Shown: in pieces, positions 61,502 to 64,000 of the stretch
Position numbering within the stretch: position 1 is the stretch's first letter
Layout: each line of letters starts with the position of its first letter
Assembly: GCA_029262595.1 (NCBI GenBank)
Contig: JAJCZB010000041.1
Coordinates: 22,123 to 86,122, forward strand
Source of the DNA: Candidatus Babelota bacterium
GTDB lineage: Bacteria; Babelota; Babeliae; Babelales; Vermiphilaceae
Length of the DNA: 64,000 nucleotides
Direction of reading: 5' to 3'
Notes under the pieces: model-generated
Database searches by the model: none
Seen by the model: only the letters and a program-made list of their open reading frames with translations
What the model was told of the DNA's origin: nothing
Translations under genes and position numbers: made by a program

Positions 61502-62827
61502 ATGAAAAGAATATTTGCGACTATTATCAGCATTCTTTTTTTGAGCGGTATTGTCTTTTTTTATCTTATGCCACCTAAAAAAGAAACTATTGAGACTGAA
61601 TCTCCATACTTAATGCATACATGCAACAAGGATAAAAAGAAAGTTCTCATCTTTTCTAGTAAAGGTGGTGGCGGACACATTTCAGTTATGAATGCTCTTC
61701 ATGAGTATCTAGATGAAGAATTCTGTACTGGCCACAGCTTTATCTTTTCAGAAGTTTTGAGCAAAATAGATCCTGCTCAGTGGGTCAGCAATAAATCCAA
61801 CGGGGAAGATGTTTACAATTTCTTCTTGAAGAAAAAATGGTTTCAGACGATTAACATGATGTATAATTTTGGCTCATGGTATTACGTGTGGCGAAAAAAT
61901 TCTATTGAAAGACTTTTAGAAGAGCACATCAAAAAAAATAAACCCGATTTGATCGTGTCGGTTATTCCTTTAGTAAATAATATGATTCTCAATGTTGCCA
62001 AAAAATTAGATATACCCTTCCTACTAATTCCTACTGATTTAGATGGAACAATGGCGCTTAATGGAATTGATAATCCCGATTATGAAAAATTCCATCTTGC
62101 ACTTTCGTATGACATCGAAAAAATTAGAAAAATTGTTGATGAGCATAATATTGATGAAAAATATATCACTCATGTTGGGTTTCCAGTTAAAAATGTATTT
62201 TTCAAACCTGCTAACATAAAAGCAATAAAAGCTGATTTTAATGTTCCAGAAGACAAACCGACCATACTCCTTCTTATGGGCGCTCAAGGCTCACAAGATC
62301 TTTTGAAATTTACAAGGGAACTTACCAAGCTCAACATGCCGGTCCACTTATTGATTGCAATCGGAAGAAGTGAAGACTTGCGACCACAACTAGAAAAACT
62401 TCCCTTCCCAAAACATGTAACAAAAACTGTTATTGGATTTACCAATCGCATGCCGGATTTAATGCGCATCTCAGATATTTTTGTTACAAAGTCAGGAGGA
62501 GTAAGCTTTAATGAAGGCCTCTACGCACATTTGCCAATGATTCTTGATGATACATCTGGCGTACTTAATTGGGAAAAATTGAATCACACACTTGTGCAAG
62601 ATTACAATCTCGGAACTATCGTAAAACGTTATTTCAGACTTCCTGCTATCGTAACTGAACTATTATCTAACAAGAAAAAACTTGAAGAGATTAAGAAAAA
62701 CTTTGCACAGTTTACGGTCAAAAATCCAGAGCAAGAAATTAGACTATTGATCAAACAAATATTGAAATCAAATGAAAACAGGGGAACTGAAAGTTCCCCT
62801 GCTCTGCTTACCAACGAAGTTGATTAA
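61502..62827 (+). CDS. MGDG-synthase/UgtP-like diacylglycerol glycosyltransferase (GT28)
   Basis: N-terminal TM helix, then VLIFSSKGGGGHISVMNAL, typical of the MGDG_synth domain. A C-terminal GT-B domain follows (VTKSGGVSFNEGL). Confidence 0.65.
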   Translation: MKRIFATIISILFLSGIVFFYLMPPKKETIETESPYLMHTCNKDKKKVLIFSSKGGGGHISVMNALHEYLDEEFCTGHSFIFSEVLSKIDPAQWVSNKSNGEDVYNFFLKKKWFQTINMMYNFGSWYYVWRKNSIERLLEEHIKKNKPDLIVSVIPLVNNMILNVAKKLDIPFLLIPTDLDGTMALNGIDNPDYEKFHLALSYDIEKIRKIVDEHNIDEKYITHVGFPVKNVFFKPANIKAIKADFNVPEDKPTILLLMGAQGSQDLLKFTRELTKLNMPVHLLIAIGRSEDLRPQLEKLPFPKHVTKTVIGFTNRMPDLMRISDIFVTKSGGVSFNEGLYAHLPMILDDTSGVLNWEKLNHTLVQDYNLGTIVKRYFRLPAIVTELLSNKKKLEEIKKNFAQFTVKNPEQEIRLLIKQILKSNENRGTESSPALLTNEVD

Positions 62828-63481
62828 TTAAGCATGTACCACGTGTAATTCTACACGACGGTTTGCCCACTGCTCGTCACGATCTCCATCTTTGACGACA
62901 GGCATATCATACCCACGACCAACTACACGAAGACTGTCGCGATCCATACCACCTTCTACAAGGCTATCTGCAACATCCTGTGCACGTTTTTGAGAAATGA
63001 GTTTGTTATATGCCTCTGAACCTGCCGAAGAACATGCGTGTCCTTCAATTATCAATTGCGCATCTGAATCTTGCTCACGTGCTTTTTCTAGAAGCTCTTT
63101 TGCAGCCTCGGCATTGAGGGCAAGTTTATCCATTTGATCTTCAGCGACGCGATCTTTACCAAATTCAAAGTAAACTGTGTCCAGTTGCTCACCATCTTGG
63201 CTCCACGCAAATTGATCTTCTGCAAAATCACGCTCTTCTGAATTTTCAAATGCTACAAGATCATCCATGTCGCTAAAGAAGCTTTGAAGTTCGGCATCGG
63301 CCAAAGACATAGTCTCGCCTTCTGCGCGCTCATCGGATTGCGCCATACGATTCTTTTTATTAGTTATTTTTGCGGTGCTGGCAGATTTCTTTCCTTTGCC
63401 TTTCTCAGTATCGCCACCACCACAGCCAGGAAGGCCGAGAATGAGAACAAGAAGAAGCAGTGCTGATCCTCTTTTATTCAT
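62828..63481 (-). CDS. pal: Peptidoglycan-associated lipoprotein (OmpA-family, Pal-like)
   Basis: Lipobox LGLPGC. OmpA-C motifs: IEGHACSSAGSEAYNKLISQKRAQDV and NRRVELHVV. The ATG at 63481 is preferred over 63523. Confidence 0.8.
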   Translation of the reverse strand: MNKRGSALLLLVLILGLPGCGGGDTEKGKGKKSASTAKITNKKNRMAQSDERAEGETMSLADAELQSFFSDMDDLVAFENSEERDFAEDQFAWSQDGEQLDTVYFEFGKDRVAEDQMDKLALNAEAAKELLEKAREQDSDAQLIIEGHACSSAGSEAYNKLISQKRAQDVADSLVEGGMDRDSLRVVGRGYDMPVVKDGDRDEQWANRRVELHVVHA

Positions 63482-63654
63482 TACAAATCCTTTCATTTTG
63501 GTTATTAGAAGACACTTATCCACGCTTATTCAGGAGAATCTAGCACATTTTTCCCTCCATTGCTACTCATCTTTGAAAATATTCGGTATAGTAAAGAAAG
63601 AGGGAGAGGGTGGCTTATTTAAAGCCATATGAAAAAAATTAGGTAAAAAAAAAT

Positions 63655-64000
63655 ATGAAAAAAATTCTCATCAATGACAACCTGTGGCAAACTCGGGTAG
63701 CTATCACGCAGGACGGTCTTCTTCAAAACATTTATTTTGCTACCCACAATCAAGAAACCTTAGAGCGCTCATTCTTTAAAGGAATGGTCACTAAGGTTCT
63801 GCCAGGAATCCAAACCGCCTTTGTCGACATTGGCCAAGAGCGCGCAGGCTTTCTTCATATTTCAGAAATAGATCGAGAACTTGCAATTGAAAACATGAGC
63901 AAACATGCTCAAGTTGAATATGATGAACAGGCCAAACAAAAAGCTCGCCGGCAAAAACCAAACATTGCAAAGATTGTTAAAGAAGGCGATCCAATTCTTA
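63655..64000 (+). CDS. rng: Ribonuclease G/E family (5' part, runs off the right edge)
   Basis: My own translation: MKKILINDNLWQTRVAITQDGLLQNIYFAT...FFKGMVTKVLPGIQTAFVDIGQERAGFLHISEI. This is the S1-domain signature of RNase G/E. Confidence 0.8.
   Translation, partial: MKKILINDNLWQTRVAITQDGLLQNIYFATHNQETLERSFFKGMVTKVLPGIQTAFVDIGQERAGFLHISEIDRELAIENMSKHAQVEYDEQAKQKARRQKPNIAKIVKEGDPIL

Noticed and set aside
1-64000. CRISPR arrays, rRNA genes, integrases, transposases, IS elements, prophage structural genes
   Set aside because: I saw no regularly spaced direct repeats, no rRNA signatures, and no recombinase or transposase motifs (for example R..H..R..Y or DDE contexts) in any ORF of the track. 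A computational scan would be needed to exclude small or degraded copies.

Overview
This 64 kb window comes from a moderately AT-rich diderm bacterium. It has outer-membrane barrels, TamB, Pal, a TolB-like protein and a BamD-like protein. Its gene content suggests a small-genome, probably host-associated lineage, but I cannot place it taxonomically from sequence alone. About 80% of the window is ordinary housekeeping: a DEAD-box helicase, mgtE, an MscS channel, rluD, a gspE/pilB ATPase plus one pseudopilin, cdsA, hisS, secA, pgeF, the ftsQ-ftsA-ftsZ block, rlmB, alr, a deoxynucleoside kinase, tyrS, valS, ybeY, ruvA, jag-mnmE, pal and rng. There are three tRNAs: Glu-UUC, Lys-UUU and Gly-GCC. 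I saw no rRNA, CRISPR array, integrase or transposase. The unusual part is roughly 7.3-19.1 kb. The main candidate is an apparent ~8 kb tRNA-Glu-flanked island at 11015-19112. It carries a four-gene minus-strand cluster. The first gene encodes a 1273-aa fusion of six tandem zinc-ribbon repeats, an SF2 DExH helicase core and a C-terminal methyltransferase that looks like eukaryotic Rrp8 (rRNA m1A type). Two unknown proteins and a CoiA-like Zn-finger/PD-(D/E)xK nuclease follow. Diverging from this cluster is a GC-enriched, hairpin-rich non-coding stretch of about 590 nt with its own promoter-like signal and a strong intrinsic terminator. A truncated DnaK C-terminal remnant abuts the tRNA. Other oddities are two paralogous toxin-like modules (one is an orphan fragment followed by an immunity-like ORF), a decayed GIY-YIG gene, a split small basic protein gene, an M50 protease homolog that has lost its HExxH motif, and a 49-aa zinc-ribbon gene absent from the ORF track. 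All family assignments come from motif recognition by eye; no database searches were run.
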